NCBI GenBank assembly: GCA_976551045.1 | Contig: CDPCPM010000180.1 | Span: 33,666,001 to 33,730,000, forward strand | Length of the DNA stretch: 64,000 nt | Reading direction: 5' to 3' | From: Glaucostegus cemiculus | Taxonomy: Eukaryota | In this document: positions 39,054 to 52,014 of the stretch, in pieces | How the letters are laid out: every line of letters begins with the position of its first letter | How positions within the stretch are numbered: the stretch's first letter is position 1 | Position numbers and translations under genes: made by a program | The notes under the pieces: model-generated | Seen by the model: only the letters and a program-made list of their open reading frames with translations | What the model was told of the DNA's origin: nothing | The model's database searches: none

Positions 39054-39168
39054 GTACAAAGTCTTGATGAGGAATCTCTCTCTACCTGATGATTTCAAGG
39101 GGAAATGTGCTGCACTCCTTTATTTCTACGACAACACCAAAACAGACTGGCAGCTTGGTAAAACCAAG
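39054..39168 (+). CDS. MYO10: MYO10 exon (converter): YKVLMRNLSLPDDFKGKCAALLYFYDNTKTDWQLGKTK
   Basis: ctcttcag acceptor, AAG|gtaggg donor; 115 nt. Confidence 0.95.
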
Positions 39169-39689
39169 GTAGGGGGGTTAGTGAGAGATGGCTGTTTCTC
39201 TGAATTACATTCTCCCATCCAGTGAGCAGCTGGAAATGTTTCAAACAAACATGCCACCCTATCTCAAGCCCTTTACAATTATATTTTTGCTTTTGTAATA
39301 CAGTTGGCCTTCAAATATCAATAATTTACTTGTTGACCCACATGAAAAATCTGGATAACTAACATAATCTCTGAATCTTGGCTCAGTATCACAGTAAATT
39401 TAAAAAAAAATTTCTATAGGTCTTTTCTTCTTGACAGAGTTATGCCTATGTTGTTTAATTAAAGACCAAGAACCACTGTAGTTTTGGGGAAATTCCTTTG
39501 GCATTTGGGTTTAATTTTACAATAATTTAAATTAATTTTGGCAGGATTTGAGAAAATGTGTCTAATTAGACATGCTGTGTGTCTCCAACGATTTTTTGAT
39601 TTTATTTCAGAGCTCTAGCAAATGCAGTATTTTGCCTGTGGTCAGTTTTGTTCAGTTATAATTATGTACAGTTGACATGCTCCATCCCA

Positions 39690-40020
39690 GAGTGGATGGG
39701 TAGATTGCGAGGTGGTCCATTCTTACCTCTGTAAGCTGCCAATATGTGGCCTTGAGGTTCTCTGTACCATCCAAACGCTGCTTCTCCACTTAAAGCAGTC
39801 ATTGGCCAGGGATTCCCAGGAATCAGTGGGGATACTGCATTTCTTTAGGGAGGCTTTGAGCATGCTCCTAAATATTTTTCCTTTTCTTCCTGGTAATATC
39901 TTCCCATGATAGAGCTCAGAACAGAGTGTTTCGGGAGTCTGGTGTTAGGCTACCCATGTGAGTGCAACCTTGGCCTCCAAGCTGGGCATGTTAGTCTGGC
40001 AGAGGACACTGGCGTTGATT
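39690..40020 (-). mobile_element. RTE-clade LINE 3' fragment
   Basis: Similar to the reverse complement of 62930-63170. Confidence 0.6.
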
Positions 40021-41598
40021 TGTTTTTTTCCTTACAAAAAGCAATCCCATTATAAAATGAGACCTAACAAGTTTATAAGATTATGAGGGGCATAGATAAA
40101 GCGGACAGCTGGTATCTTTATCCCAGGGTCAAAATGTCTAATACTAGAGGCCACGCATTTAAGGTGAGGGGGGTTAAGTTCAAAAGAGATGTGCAAGCAA
40201 TTTTTCTTTACAACTAAGAGTGGTGGGTGCCTGGAACATGCTGCCAGGGATGGTGATGGAGGTAAATACTCTACTGAGGTGTTTGAGAGGATCTTAGAAA
40301 GCCACATGAATATATGCAGAGAATGAAGGGATATGGATTGTATAGGTAGGTGTAGGTTTAATTAGTTCGGCACAAGATCGTGGGCTGAAGGGCCTTTTCC
40401 TGTGCTGTATTGTTCTATGTTCTAAAATATTCTGAAAATCATGGCCTTTCAAACCTATGGATCTGGTGAGCTTCCAACCGCATGCTCAATTATAACTATT
40501 GTTCAGCAAATCATCTGGCTCCAGAAACACTAATTGTATGCATATACATGACAAAAAGAGAGGGTTTTTTCCCAATTCATTCAGGATATCTCAGCCACTA
40601 CGTTAATCATATGGATTATGTTCATTTAGCACTGTATAACGTTTAAGCAATTAAAGAAAGTTCTGCCCTTTGCTCTATAGTACAATGTCTGAGAATTCTT
40701 TAATGTGACCGGCTGCTCAGAAGTATCAATGAGCTCACAACGGCTAGACATCACTGAGCACCAGAAGAGGGGATGTTCTTACCACAGGGGTTGCTAGTTC
40801 TTTGTAGGGATCTTATTGCAAGGTCATTGGTAAGCACGTGCTTGACCTTTGACCACAAGTTCAAGCCAACACGTATAAGAACTCAGAAGTGGTTTACCAT
40901 CACTATTTCTCTGATCAGCTACTGCCTGTGTATTTTTTTTTGCTTTTGTGTGAATTATGAAAATCATCAGGGGCCATAAGTTCATAGCAGAAAACAATCA
41001 TATGAATTAGGAGCAGGAGTAGACCACTCGGCCCCTCTGACCTGCACTGTTGTCCTTAGGGTGACTCAAACAGTAAAGGCAGAAAGATCTAAAATTAAAA
41101 AGGCAGATGCTGGCAATCTGAAACAAACAGAATATGCTGGAAACTCTCAGCATTGGGCAGTATCTATGGAAGGGAAACTATGAATGTTTCATATTGATGT
41201 TTTATCAACAATCTTACAGCATGTTCAGGTTTTATTTCAACTTTCTAGCTTTTGGGTTTCTTTTCTGTGTTTGGATTACTGTTGAATTCACTACCACCTG
41301 TTTTTCCCGGGACACTTGCTGTAATGAAAATTTGCTTCTCTCTGTGGAGTTTTTGTTTGTTTCATTTGCCTTGCTCACTCTCAGTGATTTCTGTTTCCTT
41401 TTTAGTTTTTGATTATTAGATGTTGGCTGAAATGTGTTTCCTCCAGCATCCTCTCTCAGATGGCACCAACACCATCTGTGTGTGTCATCTCGATCCAGCT
41501 GAGGCTATGGGGTCCCATCTACAGTGCTCTCTCCCTGTTTTCTCCACCCCTCTTCTTTCTCTGCAAATTAAAGCATGCTTGTTCTCTCACCTTCCATC

Positions 41599-41639
41599 TT
41601 CTGATGAAGGATCTTCAACCTGAAATGTTAACTCTGTTT
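41599..41639 (+). other. Hammerhead-ribozyme-like core in a Penelope-derived repeat
   Basis: CTGATGA-AGG ATCTTCAA CCT-GAAA-TGTT fits CUGANGA/stem II/GAAA/NUH; stem I is degenerate. Confidence 0.5.
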
Positions 41640-41751
41640 TTCTCTCTCTGCGGATGCTTTCCAACCTGATGAGTATTTCTGGCATTTTCTTAAGACGGGG
41701 AGATAATTTCATGTTGCTGGGTGGTAACATGCCTTCATATGTTCTTGGCAG

Positions 41752-41858
41752 GTTTTCATACGTGAGTCCCTGGAGCATAAACTGGAGAAACATCGTGGGG
41801 TTGAGGTTTACAAATCTGCAATGATTATACAAGCTCACGTCCTTGGCTATCTGGCAAG
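41752..41858 (+). CDS. MYO10: MYO10 exon (IQ1): VFIRESLEHKLEKHRGVEVYKSAMIIQAHVLGYLAR
   Basis: ttggcag acceptor, AG|gtaaaa donor; 107 nt; absent from the ORF track. Confidence 0.94.
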
Positions 41859-43132
41859 GTAAAATTCTGGGAAGATTGAATATTGTAATTATGCTTTATT
41901 TATTAATATCTGTGGGCTTAATTTTGGCACGGCTCATAGAATTCCTACTTCATATCTCAAGGTTAGATCCTGACCTCAGGAGTCGTGTGGAGTTTCTATG
42001 TTCTCCTCCCTGTGACATCATGGGTCTCCCCCAAATGCTTCTGTTTACTCTCACATCCCATAGAAGTGCAGGTTGGCAGGTGACATGAATGATAGAAAAA
42101 TAGGAGGCTATGTGGGAGGGAAGGGTTAGGTAGATCTTAGAGCAGGATAAAATGTCGGCACAACATTGTGGGCCGAAGGGCATGTACTGTGCTGTAGAGT
42201 TCTATGTTCTATGTTAAGTGGCCGCTGTAACTTGACCCTAATGTGTGGGTGAGTGTAGAATCAGAGGGGAATTAAACAGAATATGGTGAGAATAAAATAA
42301 GATTAATGCAGGGTTAGTGTAAATGAGTGCATGATGGTCAATATGTACTCGATTAACTAAATTACTAGTTGTCATAATGCAATGTAATGAGAATGATGAA
42401 AATGGTAAATTGATTTATTATTGTCACATGTACCAAGGTACAGTGAAAAACTTGTCTTACATACCGTTTGTACAGATCAGTTCATTACACAGTGCATTGA
42501 GGTAATGATTATAATAGAAGTAATGAGTGGATCTGCAGAGAGCAGCTTGCAACGAGTCGCCACACTCTGCTGCCGGTAAACAGGGTAGTGAGGAAGGCAT
42601 ATGACATGCTTGCCTTCATCAGCTGAGGCATTAAGGAAAAGAGTTGGGACGTCATGTTACAGTTGTACAACATGTTGGTTAGACGGCACTTGGAGTATTG
42701 GGTGCCAATCTGGTCACTACACTATAGGAAGGACATAATTAAGCTAGAAAGGGCGCAGAAAAGATTCAGAAGTATCTTGCCTGGATTGGAGGACTTGAAT
42801 TGTCAGGAGAGATTGGACAAGCTGAGTCTGTTTTCCCTGAAGCGAGAGAGGCTGAAAGGTGACATGATAGTGATATAATTATAAGAGTAGATAGACAGTT
42901 TCTATTTCCCAAGGTTTATGGATTAATGCAGGCAGGTGTGATTAATATAGACAGGCACGATGACTGGCATATGGTGGGCTAAAGGGCCTGTTTCAATGCT
43001 GTATAACTCTATGACTGTGAGTTGGAAAAAAGCAAAATTGATCTCCATTAACTTCATTTATATCCTTTTTTTAATAACTTTTTACAAGGTAAACATCTAT
43101 ATTTTAAGAACTTGATTTTCTGCCCAACATAG

Positions 43133-43417
43133 GAAACAGTACAAAAAGATGCGGGATATGACTGTGGTCATTCAGAAAAACTATCGCGCTTTCTTCTGGA
43201 GAAAAAAGTTCCAGCTTGTACGAACAGCCACAATAACTCTGCAGGCACACCGACGGGGTCAGCTGGCTCGCAGACAGTGCAAGCAAATAATGGAAAATAA
43301 AAGGCGGAAAGAAGAGGAGCAGAGAAGAGAGGAGCAGAGAAGAGAGGAGCAGAGAAGAGAGGAGCAGAGAAGAGAGGAGCAGAGAAGAGAGGAGCAAAAG
43401 AAAGAGCAGGAAGAAAG
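43133..43417 (+). CDS. MYO10: MYO10 exon (IQ2, IQ3, SAH with EEQRR repeat)
   Basis: caacatag acceptor, AG|gttagc donor; IQKNYRAF and LQAHRRGQLARR motifs; 285 nt. Confidence 0.94.
43314..43396 (+). repeat. Coding minisatellite GAGGAGCAGAGAAGA x5.5 (EEQRR)
   Basis: Five identical 15-mers plus 8 nt, in frame within the SAH exon. Confidence 0.95.
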
Positions 43418-43969
43418 GTTAGCACCTTGAGACATGCCTGTCTCACTTCAGCAACCAGCCCACTCATGTCTGGTTACTTTTAAAAATATTGTTTTAAAAA
43501 GGAAAATTAGTTGACCTGAAATATGCAATTTTAAATGCTGCCTAATCAAATAAGTTAGTTCCCTTTGTATTCCTTATCAAGTTCCACAATTTTGTCCTTT
43601 TCTGCATGTAAACCAGTGGTCTGACTAATTTGCAGATAAGTCAGAGTATTTTTGTAGCATTGGTCCCATTGCAGATGTACCTCTAATTTGCTAAGACTGA
43701 GAAACTAACGCTAGTTGTAACATGCAACATGTATTAGCGTTCACACAGTGGGAAACTAAAAAGTATTAATTTCTCACATCATTATATTGAGCAGTAAGAG
43801 ACTAGTTTTCTTTAGAAGCTGCCAGCTGGTTCCAAATCATGCTCTTCAAGATATTAATTTTCCATCCACTTAAATGAACTGATCTGAAACTGGGACTTTG
43901 TACTCAGATCTCGCCAACACACAAGGACCGTAACGGGCCTGTGCTAAATTTTAAAATCATCTTTTACAG

Positions 43970-44009
43970 AGAAAGGAAAGAACGTGAAGCAGAACTCCTC
44001 AGAGAACAG
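43970..44009 (+). CDS. MYO10: MYO10 small exon (SAH): ERKEREAELLREQ
   Basis: cttttacag acceptor, CAG|gtaata donor; 40 nt; restores phase 2 to 0. Confidence 0.9.
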
Positions 44010-44404
44010 GTAATAAATATTTTTTTCTAAAAGATGTCCAAAACAAATTTCAAAAATCAGACTTTGAACTTGAGAATAATTTTCCAACTTTTATTTGTAC
44101 ATTTCTAGTTTTGAAGCTTTTTCTGGAAACTGTTAGGCAAAATGCTTTTTGCTAAAGCTTTACATTATAAGACAGAAAAAAAGAATGTATGGGTCCCTCT
44201 ATAATTTTAAAGTAATTTTGCATATAAGACCACACTTAATTTTACCACAAATATTTAAGATAAAGTTTCTTTTTAAGTAGCAGTATGTTTGTTTCATTTA
44301 CTCCCTGTGAATGGTTGGTTTCCATTCAACCATCTTTGTGACCCTTGATACGTGACAGCTCTCTCAGTACCAGTTTAAGCACAAATTACAAATACGAGAG
44401 CTAA

Positions 44405-44600
44405 GCAGTCAGATGCTGGAAATACTCAACAGGTCAGTCTTCATTAAACAGAGTTAATGTTTCAGGTTGAAGATCCTTCATCAGAATGGATATGGGTCTT
44501 TGATCGGATGAAGGGTCTTTGACCTGAAACGTTAAGTCTGTTTCTCTTCCCACCAATGTGGCTTGATCCACTGAGTATTTTCAGCATTTTCTGCTTTTAT
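44405..44600. mobile_element. Palindromic Penelope-derived short repeat (two opposed terminal-repeat halves with hammerhead-like cores)
   Basis: ATGCTGGAAATACTCA...TTTCAGG..TTCATCAG then GATGAAGGG..CCTGAAACGTT..TGAGTATTTTCAGCAT; similar units at about 2335-2525, 5585-5750, 34405-34615, 48750-48945, 49160-49335 and 56390-56595. Confidence 0.7.
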
Positions 44601-45959
44601 GCCAAACAGGTTTATGCATCCTGTTAGTTAGCTAACTACTCACCCTGGTGCTTTCTCCTTCCACCTTCCCCTTTCTTCCCACATCTGCACCATGCTTCCT
44701 CGCTGACTGCAGCCGGTCTGGTGGATGGCAGCTCCATTCCAGTGGGTGAGGCTGCAGGTGGTTGTGAAGGACAATCATGGTGAACTCTTGGGGTGGCTGG
44801 TTAGTGAGCAACAGCAAAAGCAGTGTTGGAGAGGCAGTGGCAGGAGCGTGAATTATGTCATCCCAAGAGAGGACAACAGATTTGTTTCCATGGCACCTCT
44901 GCTTCTCCTTATGTCAGGCACTAGAACCTGGGATCTACAACAGTACCGCACAGGAACAGGCCCTTCGGTCCATAATGTCTGTGCTGAACATGATGCCAAC
45001 TTAAACTAATCCCATCTGCCTGCACACGATCCATTTCCCTCCATTCTCTACCTATTCATGTGCCTTCCTAAAAGCCTCTTAAACAACACTATTGCATCTG
45101 CTTCCACCACTAACCCTGGCAACATGTTCCAGGCACCCATTACTCTCTGTAAAAAAAAAATTGCCCATACAGCTCCTTTAAACTTCCCCACCTTAAAGCT
45201 ATGTTCTCTAGTATTTGACACCTCTACCCTGGGAAAAAGATTCTATCTGTTTACACTATCTATGGCTCTCATAATTTTATAAACTTCTATCAGGTCTCCA
45301 CTTGGCCTTCGACACCCCAGAGAAAACAATCTGAGTTTGTCCAGCCTCTCCTTATAGCTAATACTCTCCTGGTGAACTTCTTCTGCACCTTCTCCAAAGC
45401 TGCAATGGGGCGACGAGAACTGCACACAATAAAGCCCAGATGAGCAGCTGAACTGATGATGCACTCATGCAGGTCACATCTCTCAGCTGCCCTCCTGTCA
45501 CCAAACTGGGCTCCCTGGTACAGGGTGACCATGCCTGAGCAGGTGGCCAAGAGCCATCGGATGGTATGACAGGATGTTGCCATCTTTGACAGCTTGCCTG
45601 CCTCGGGGCTGGGTAGTGCGATCCCTTGTGTTTCTCTACAGGATGGGGACAGGTAGGAGGGCCAGAGAAGATGATGGGGAAAGGTTGGGATACGGGATGA
45701 AGGGTTGGCAGTAAGAATCCCATCGTCAATGATCTCCAATCCCCCAGCATCCACGGCCTCTGCTGCCCAGTCCCATCATCGCTGTCACCCTCTCGACTTG
45801 GCTAACGCCTCAGGGTTGTTGCTGCAGCCAGCAGTTACTGTCCACCTTCTGTGGCAAGAGATAGGAGAGGGGTCAGGGTATCAGTGAGGGCCTTGCATTG
45901 TGATGTGCCAGCCATGGTTGAATAGCAGTGAGTAAAAGTAACACATGAGACCTGTGTGA

Positions 45960-46690
45960 GTGTCATTGAGTCATTGAGTCATACAGCACGGAAACAGGCC
46001 TTTCAACCCAGCTGGTCCATGCTGACCAAGATTCGCATCCAAGCTAGTCTCATTTGCCTGCATTTGGCCCATTTCCCTCTAAACCTTTCCTGTCCAAGTG
46101 TCTTTTAAATGTTGTTAATTTACCTGCCTCAACCACTTCTGCTGGCAGCTCATTCCATATGCCGGCCACTCTGTGGGTGGAAAACATTGCCCCTCAGGTT
46201 CCTATTAAATCTCTCCCCTCAAACCTGTGCCTTCTAGTTTTTGATTCCCCAACCCTGGGAAAAAGACTGTGCATATTCACCCTATCTATGACCCTCATAA
46301 TTTTCTGCACCCTCTATAAGATTACCCCTCATTCTCCTAATGAAAGAAGTCCCAACCTGCTCAACCTCTCTCCATAACTCAGTCCTTCAAGTCCTGTCAA
46401 CATCCTCATAAATATCCTCTGGACTCTTTCCAGCTTAATTGAATCTTTACTATAGCTGGGTGACCAAAAGGGAATACAATATTCCAAATATGGCTTCACC
46501 AACATCTTGTACAACTGCAAGATAACATCCCAACTTCTATACTCAATGCTCTGACTGATGAAGGCCAGTGTGTCAAGTGCCTTCTTCACTTCCCTGTCTA
46601 CCTGCAACACTACCTTCAAGGAACTATGTACCTGTACTCTAGGTCCGGCAGTTCTACAACACCGCCCCCCAACCCCCCCCAGGGCCGTAC
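45960..46690 (-). mobile_element. CR1 LINE 3' fragment
   Basis: LQLYKMLVKPYLEYCIPFWSP..LERVQR peptide; (GAGTCATT)n tail; other CR1 pieces at about 40065-40425, 42577-43015, 44925-45430 and 53705-53925. Confidence 0.8.
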
Positions 46691-47768
46691 TGTTCACTGT
46701 AAGTGTTGGAGAAAGTGTGTGTCTGCCCAGCTGTACAAGTGTGATGGAGCAGTGTTGATTGATGGACATTGTTTCTGGCTGGGTGTGAGAGTCCAGTCAT
46801 GTAGTTGCTGTTAGATGGGATTTGTTGCAATTATCACTGATCTGAACCACCTGTCAGTGATCATTAAACTCCTTGACGTACTGGGACCATGTCTTCTGCC
46901 CATCACTCCTGGCATTCATCTCCTCCCACTGTCTATTCAGCCTGGAGCTGGGTGGTGACCTGGTTCCTCAAATGTACATAACTTTTTCCTGGTCACCACA
47001 CCCATCAGCATTTCCAGGTCAGCTCCAAAGAGGTTGGTGCCATTCCCACCTCTGGCTTACTGGAGATGTTCTGAATGCTTCTCCAGCACTGTTTGTGGTC
47101 AGTGAGCACTCTCTGCTTAAGCAGTGTGAGCACAACTTCAGTCAACATAAATAATTAATTGTTAATTGGTCTATTATTGTCACATGTACCAAGATGCAGC
47201 GAAAAGCTTTTGTTTGCATGCCATCCAGACGGATCATTCCGTACGTAAGTACGTCAAGGTAGTGTTGCAGTTATAAAGAAAGTGCAAGGCAGGTAGACAA
47301 ATAAGGTGCATGGGCCACAACGAGGTAGATTAAGAATTCATCTTTTAGCATATAAAATGTCCGTTCAAGAGTCTGATAACAGTGGATTAGAAACTGTCCT
47401 TGAGCCTGTTGGTGCATATTCTCAAGCTTTTGTATCTTCTGCCCAGTGGAAGGGGGTGGAAGAGAGAATGACCAGGGTGGGAGGGGTCCTTAATTATGTT
47501 GGCTGCTTTCCCAAGGCAGCGGGAAGCATAGCTGGAGTCAATGAAAATATTATAATGCTGCAAATTAAAAGCTGCCAGCTGGTTGCTTGTGAATACATGA
47601 AACATAGGACACAGAATAGTACAGCACAGGAACAGGCTCTTTGGTCCATGATGTTATACTGAACTAACTAAACTTGTAATTACACACAGACATAAACTAA
47701 TCCCTTCCGCCTACACAGTGTCCCTATCCCAACTTGTAAGAATTTACGTTTTCAACTTGCCTTCACAG

Positions 47769-48665
47769 ATCGAGGAAGAGAAGAGGCGACAGGAGAAAGT
47801 GGCCATTGCAGAGGCTCAGAAGAAAGCGACTGAAGATAGCCAACTGGAAAAACAAGAGAACAGGCAGGTGGAGGAGATTCTGCGGCTAGAGAGGGAGATC
47901 GAAGAGCTCCAACGTCAGAAGGAACGCCATGAGTCGACACTCACCAAGAATTCCCTTGCACAGCTCCAGCAGCTTCGCGATGAGGAGCTAAAAAGACTGG
48001 AAGACGAAGCCTGCAAAGCTGCTCAGGAGTTCCTGGAATCCCTGAACTTTGATGAAATTGACGAATGTGTCCGCAACATTGAAAGTTCTCTCTCTGCCGA
48101 CGGTGAATACAAACTGAATACCCCAGCAGTGCCCAATCCCACTGGAAAACCTACCTTTAACTTCAGCCAGCCCTACCCTGAAGAAGAGGAAGATGAGGGT
48201 TTTGATGCCGATGACGATGCATTTAAAGACTCACCGAACCCAAGCGAGCACGGTCACTTTGATCAGCGGACCAGCGGAATTCGGACAAGTGATGACTCTT
48301 CAGAAGAAGACCCTTACATGAATGATGCACTGGCGCCCACTATTGTAAATGATGAGAGTGCCCCTCTGGCTATCACTGCTCCCAATCCAACGAGCCCCAG
48401 CAAACCAGCCAACGAGGACTCTACGTACTGCATACCCGAGCAAGTAGATACTCAGCAGGAAAATCCTGAGCTCATCCCTCCAGATGAAGAGTCTGATTAT
48501 GGTGAGGGTGATTATGAGGATGAACCCATCACGTCTGGCAGCAGTGTAGCCTTCTCAAATCCTCGCAGTAGCCAGTGGTCACCCGACTGTCAGTACCGTT
48601 ACTCTGTGGGCACCTACAACAGCTCAGGAGCATACAGATTAAGCTCAGAAGGGCCACAATCTTCA
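47769..48665 (+). CDS. MYO10: MYO10 large exon (coiled coil and PEST region)
   Basis: ttcacag acceptor, TCA|gtaagt donor; 897 nt; QVEEILRLEREIEELQR, ESLNFDEIDECVRNIE, DQRTSGIRTSDDSSEEDPY. Confidence 0.97.
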
Positions 48666-49457
48666 GTAAGTATTTTACATGCCCTATGACAGCAGTGAAT
48701 AAGATCAACCTACATCGATCAGTAAAGCCAACTTTGAAAAGTGAAAAATCCAAAACACTGCAAATCCTGAAAATCTAAAATAAAAACAGAAAATGCTGGA
48801 AAACTCATCAGATCAGGCAGCTATGGAGAGAGAAACAGTTAACATTTCAGGTCCAGGATCTGATGAAGGGTTCCAGGATCTGAAATAGTAACTGTTTTCT
48901 CACCGATGCTGCCTGTACTGCTGAGTGTTTCCAGCATTTTGTCGCTTAATTTTGAAAAGCCTCGCCTGCATCAGGCATGGCTCCATTACACGAGGGTGCT
49001 GAGACATTTTTTGCATTTCAGTGTGGTTGGAAAGTTGAGACTGCTTTTTAATGAACCGTGCCTTTGTGGAAAATCCATATGATGTAAACTAAGAACATGT
49101 GAGCTAGTATACCACCCAGCTGCTGTACAGAACATCCAGCTCTTTTAAATTAAAAACTGTGAACGCTGAGAATCTGAAATAAAAATAGAAAATGCCAGAA
49201 ATACTCAGTAGGTCAGATAGCGTCTGTGGAGAGAGAAAAACAGACTTAAGATAAGGTCATCAACCTGAAACATTAATTCTTTCTCACTCCGCAGATGCTT
49301 CCTGACCTGCTGTTACTTACAGCATTTTTCTGTTTTTTCATCCACTCCTCTGTTGTTCAGTTCTCTTGCCAACAAAGTAACAAACTTTCTCTGGTTCCCA
49401 CTCAATCAAAAGCCCTACTGATCCACTTCCCTGAGGTACCCCTGAGGACAGTATCCT

Positions 49458-49752
49458 AACATAAGATAAGATCTTTGTTAGTCACATGTACATCAAAACA
49501 CAGTGAAATACATCTTTTGCGTTCTGATTTTGGGGGGCAGCCCGCAAGTGTCGCCATACTTCCGGCGCCAACATAGCACGCCCATAATTTCCTAACCTGT
49601 ACATCATTGGAATGTGGGAGGAAACCAGAGCACCCAGATGAAACCCACACAGACACGGGGAGAACGTACAAACTCCCTACAGATAGTGGCTGGATTTGAA
49701 CCCGGGTCGCCGGCACTGTGAAGCATTATGCTAGCCACTGTGCTACCGTGCC
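49458..49752 (-). mobile_element. V-SINE, same subfamily as 21800-22092
   Basis: Reverse complement shares the head, V-domain and AAAGATCTTATCTT tail. Confidence 0.85.
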
Positions 49753-51754
49753 TGAGGGATATCTTGATGATTCAGTTGGGAGTACTCAGCGACGGGGATT
49801 TACCATATCTCTGCCCAACAGCCCATATATTTCATAGTGTTAAATAGCATGAAAATATGCTCTTTGGCCCAAATCATCCATGCCAAACAAGGTGTCTATC
49901 TGAGCTAGCCCCATTTGCCTGCATCTGGCCCATATCCCTCTAAATCTTTTCTATCTATGTACCTGTCTAAATATCTTGCAAGCATTGTAGAGGTGGGTAC
50001 AATTACCACTTACTCCAGCAGCTCATTCTATATATTCACTACACCCTCTCTGTGGAAAAAGTCTCCTCTCTTTTGAATTTGGTTGCCTTGGAACTTGCTG
50101 CATCTGACTTAAATACTTCAAATTTAGCCTTGGGCAGAGGAATAGGATAACCTATTTAGCTTGTCACAAGGGAGTCTTGGGCACATTGTACAGTCCTTGA
50201 AACAGTTTGGCCTTATTCTCCTGCAATTGAAATGCAACTTTGCTAATGATTCCTTTTACTTAGGAACATAAGGTGTACAGAAAATGGTAAGTGGATGGTA
50301 AAATTCCTTACTGAATCTGTCACATGTGGTAGGAACACCACCAGGGGGAACATTTATTGTAAAGTAGGCCTGAGAAAACAACTAAAGTGACCTGAAAATG
50401 AAAGTGTTACTGAAGTATCTAATGTGCTTCTGACCCTCCATGCTGGATGTGTGTCATTCAGGTCATGGCACGATCTGAATATGTTTGTATGTGTCTGTGT
50501 ATATTTGATCCCTCTAACTGTGGGTCCTTTTACCACTGCAGACAGTTCATTCTTAACTATCTCTGTGGCCAGTTTCGAAATATCCTGACATGGAGTAGAC
50601 AGAATTACCTTTCCCCAAGGAACCCAATATTCTAGCAAGGAAGAGTGTTGGTAAACGATATTGTAGCACCACTTATTGCAACCATTGCACTGATAGTTTT
50701 TGTGCTTGAGCCTTTGATCCTTTAACTGTACTGGAACAACAGGAATTGAGTGTAACTATGCAGGAGGCACAAGACTTTTCTGGCCAAAGAGGAGGACACA
50801 CAAGAGACTGCAGTTGGTAGAATCTGGAGCAACAAACAATCTGCTGGAAGAACTAACAGGTTGAGTAGCACCTGTGGGGGGGAAAGCAATGGATGGTGCT
50901 TTGGGTCGAAACCTTGCATCAGGACTGAGGGTAGAGAGGGGAGTTGACCAGAATAAAGAGGAGAATGGGAATGGTGAGATGAGGTCCACCAAGTGATAGG
51001 TGGACAGAGGAGGGGTAAAGTATGATGGGCAGAAGGAGCCAGGTATGGGAGAGGGGGAGGTGGAGTGAGGACACAGAGGCAGGTGAGTGATAGATGGAGA
51101 CCGACAAAAAGAAGGCAGATAGAGCCAGGTGAGGGTGGAGATGAGCTGGAGGGTGATAAGCAGGGACACAAAGGCTACAAGTGCTGGAATCTGATAAGTA
51201 AGGAATGTGATAATGGGAACCATTAGGGGAGAGGTGCAGGACAGATGGTAACAGGATCAGATGGGGAGATGATACAGTGAATGAAATGTGTGTGCAATAG
51301 GTGGATGGAGCCAAGGAAGGGGAGGGAGGGATTGAAATGAGTGGTGGGGGTCTGGAGGTTGATGGGGAATGGGACAGGGGACAAAAACGGGAAGACCAAG
51401 ATGGATCGTAAGGAAAGAGAGAGGTGGGGGCAGCAGAGGAGGTAAGGGTTACCTGAAATTGGAAGATTCAATGTTCATACCATTGGGTTGTAGACAACCA
51501 AGGTGGAATATAAGGTGTTATTCCTCTGGTTTGCATTGGGCTCACCCTGCCAGTGGGAGAGGACTCTCCTGTCCCAGCTAATTGTAACAGACCCTGAGAC
51601 ACCAGCTTCCAAGTCAGGAGTCCCTACACTGCAGTGTGTGTTTAAAATGTACTTGTTATGTATTACTTTTAACAAGCCTCATACAAAGAACAATGAAGCT
51701 GCTAACTTTTGCTATTATTATCCATCAGTAACAATTTCTTCTCCTTCTCTGTAG

Positions 51755-51878
51755 TTTGAAGAGAGTGACGATGAAGTTGATTCTAGATTTGACACTGATG
51801 ATGAACTGGCTTACCGACGCGATTCTGTCTACAGCTGTGTCAGTTTGCCATATTTCCACAGCTTCCTGTTCATGAAGG
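51755..51878 (+). CDS. MYO10: MYO10 exon (PEST end, PH1 start): FEESDDEVDSRFDTDDELAYRRDSVYSCVSLPYFHSFLFMK
   Basis: ctctgtag acceptor, G|gtaaga donor; 124 nt. Confidence 0.95.
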
Positions 51879-52014
51879 GTAAGAACAAATTTTCAGTAAT
51901 GCAATGTTAACAGCTAGTCAACATAACGTACTGAACTACTTATTGTTCTCATGATCGGGTAATACAAGGGTTTCAAAATTGAGAAATAATGAAGCATGTG
52001 TCTGGCTTGACTCT

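Noticed and set aside
39411-39435. Possible acceptor for the VF... exon (ctatag|GTCTTT)
   Set aside because: Stop after four codons; the true exon is at 41752-41858.
43070-43094. Pyrimidine tract plus AAG|GTAAAC as a recursive or alternative splice site
   Set aside because: AAG acceptor in a 1.3-kb intron; use would add 44 nt out of frame; no further support.
43104-43467. Antisense ORFs (LLSS)n and (FSAPL)n
   Set aside because: Shadows of the 15-bp coding repeat on the opposite strand.
50722-51471. Pro/Ser/Leu-rich minus-strand ORFs of 82-155 aa
   Set aside because: Low-complexity purine-rich UTR of a Penelope-like element, where stop codons are rare by composition.
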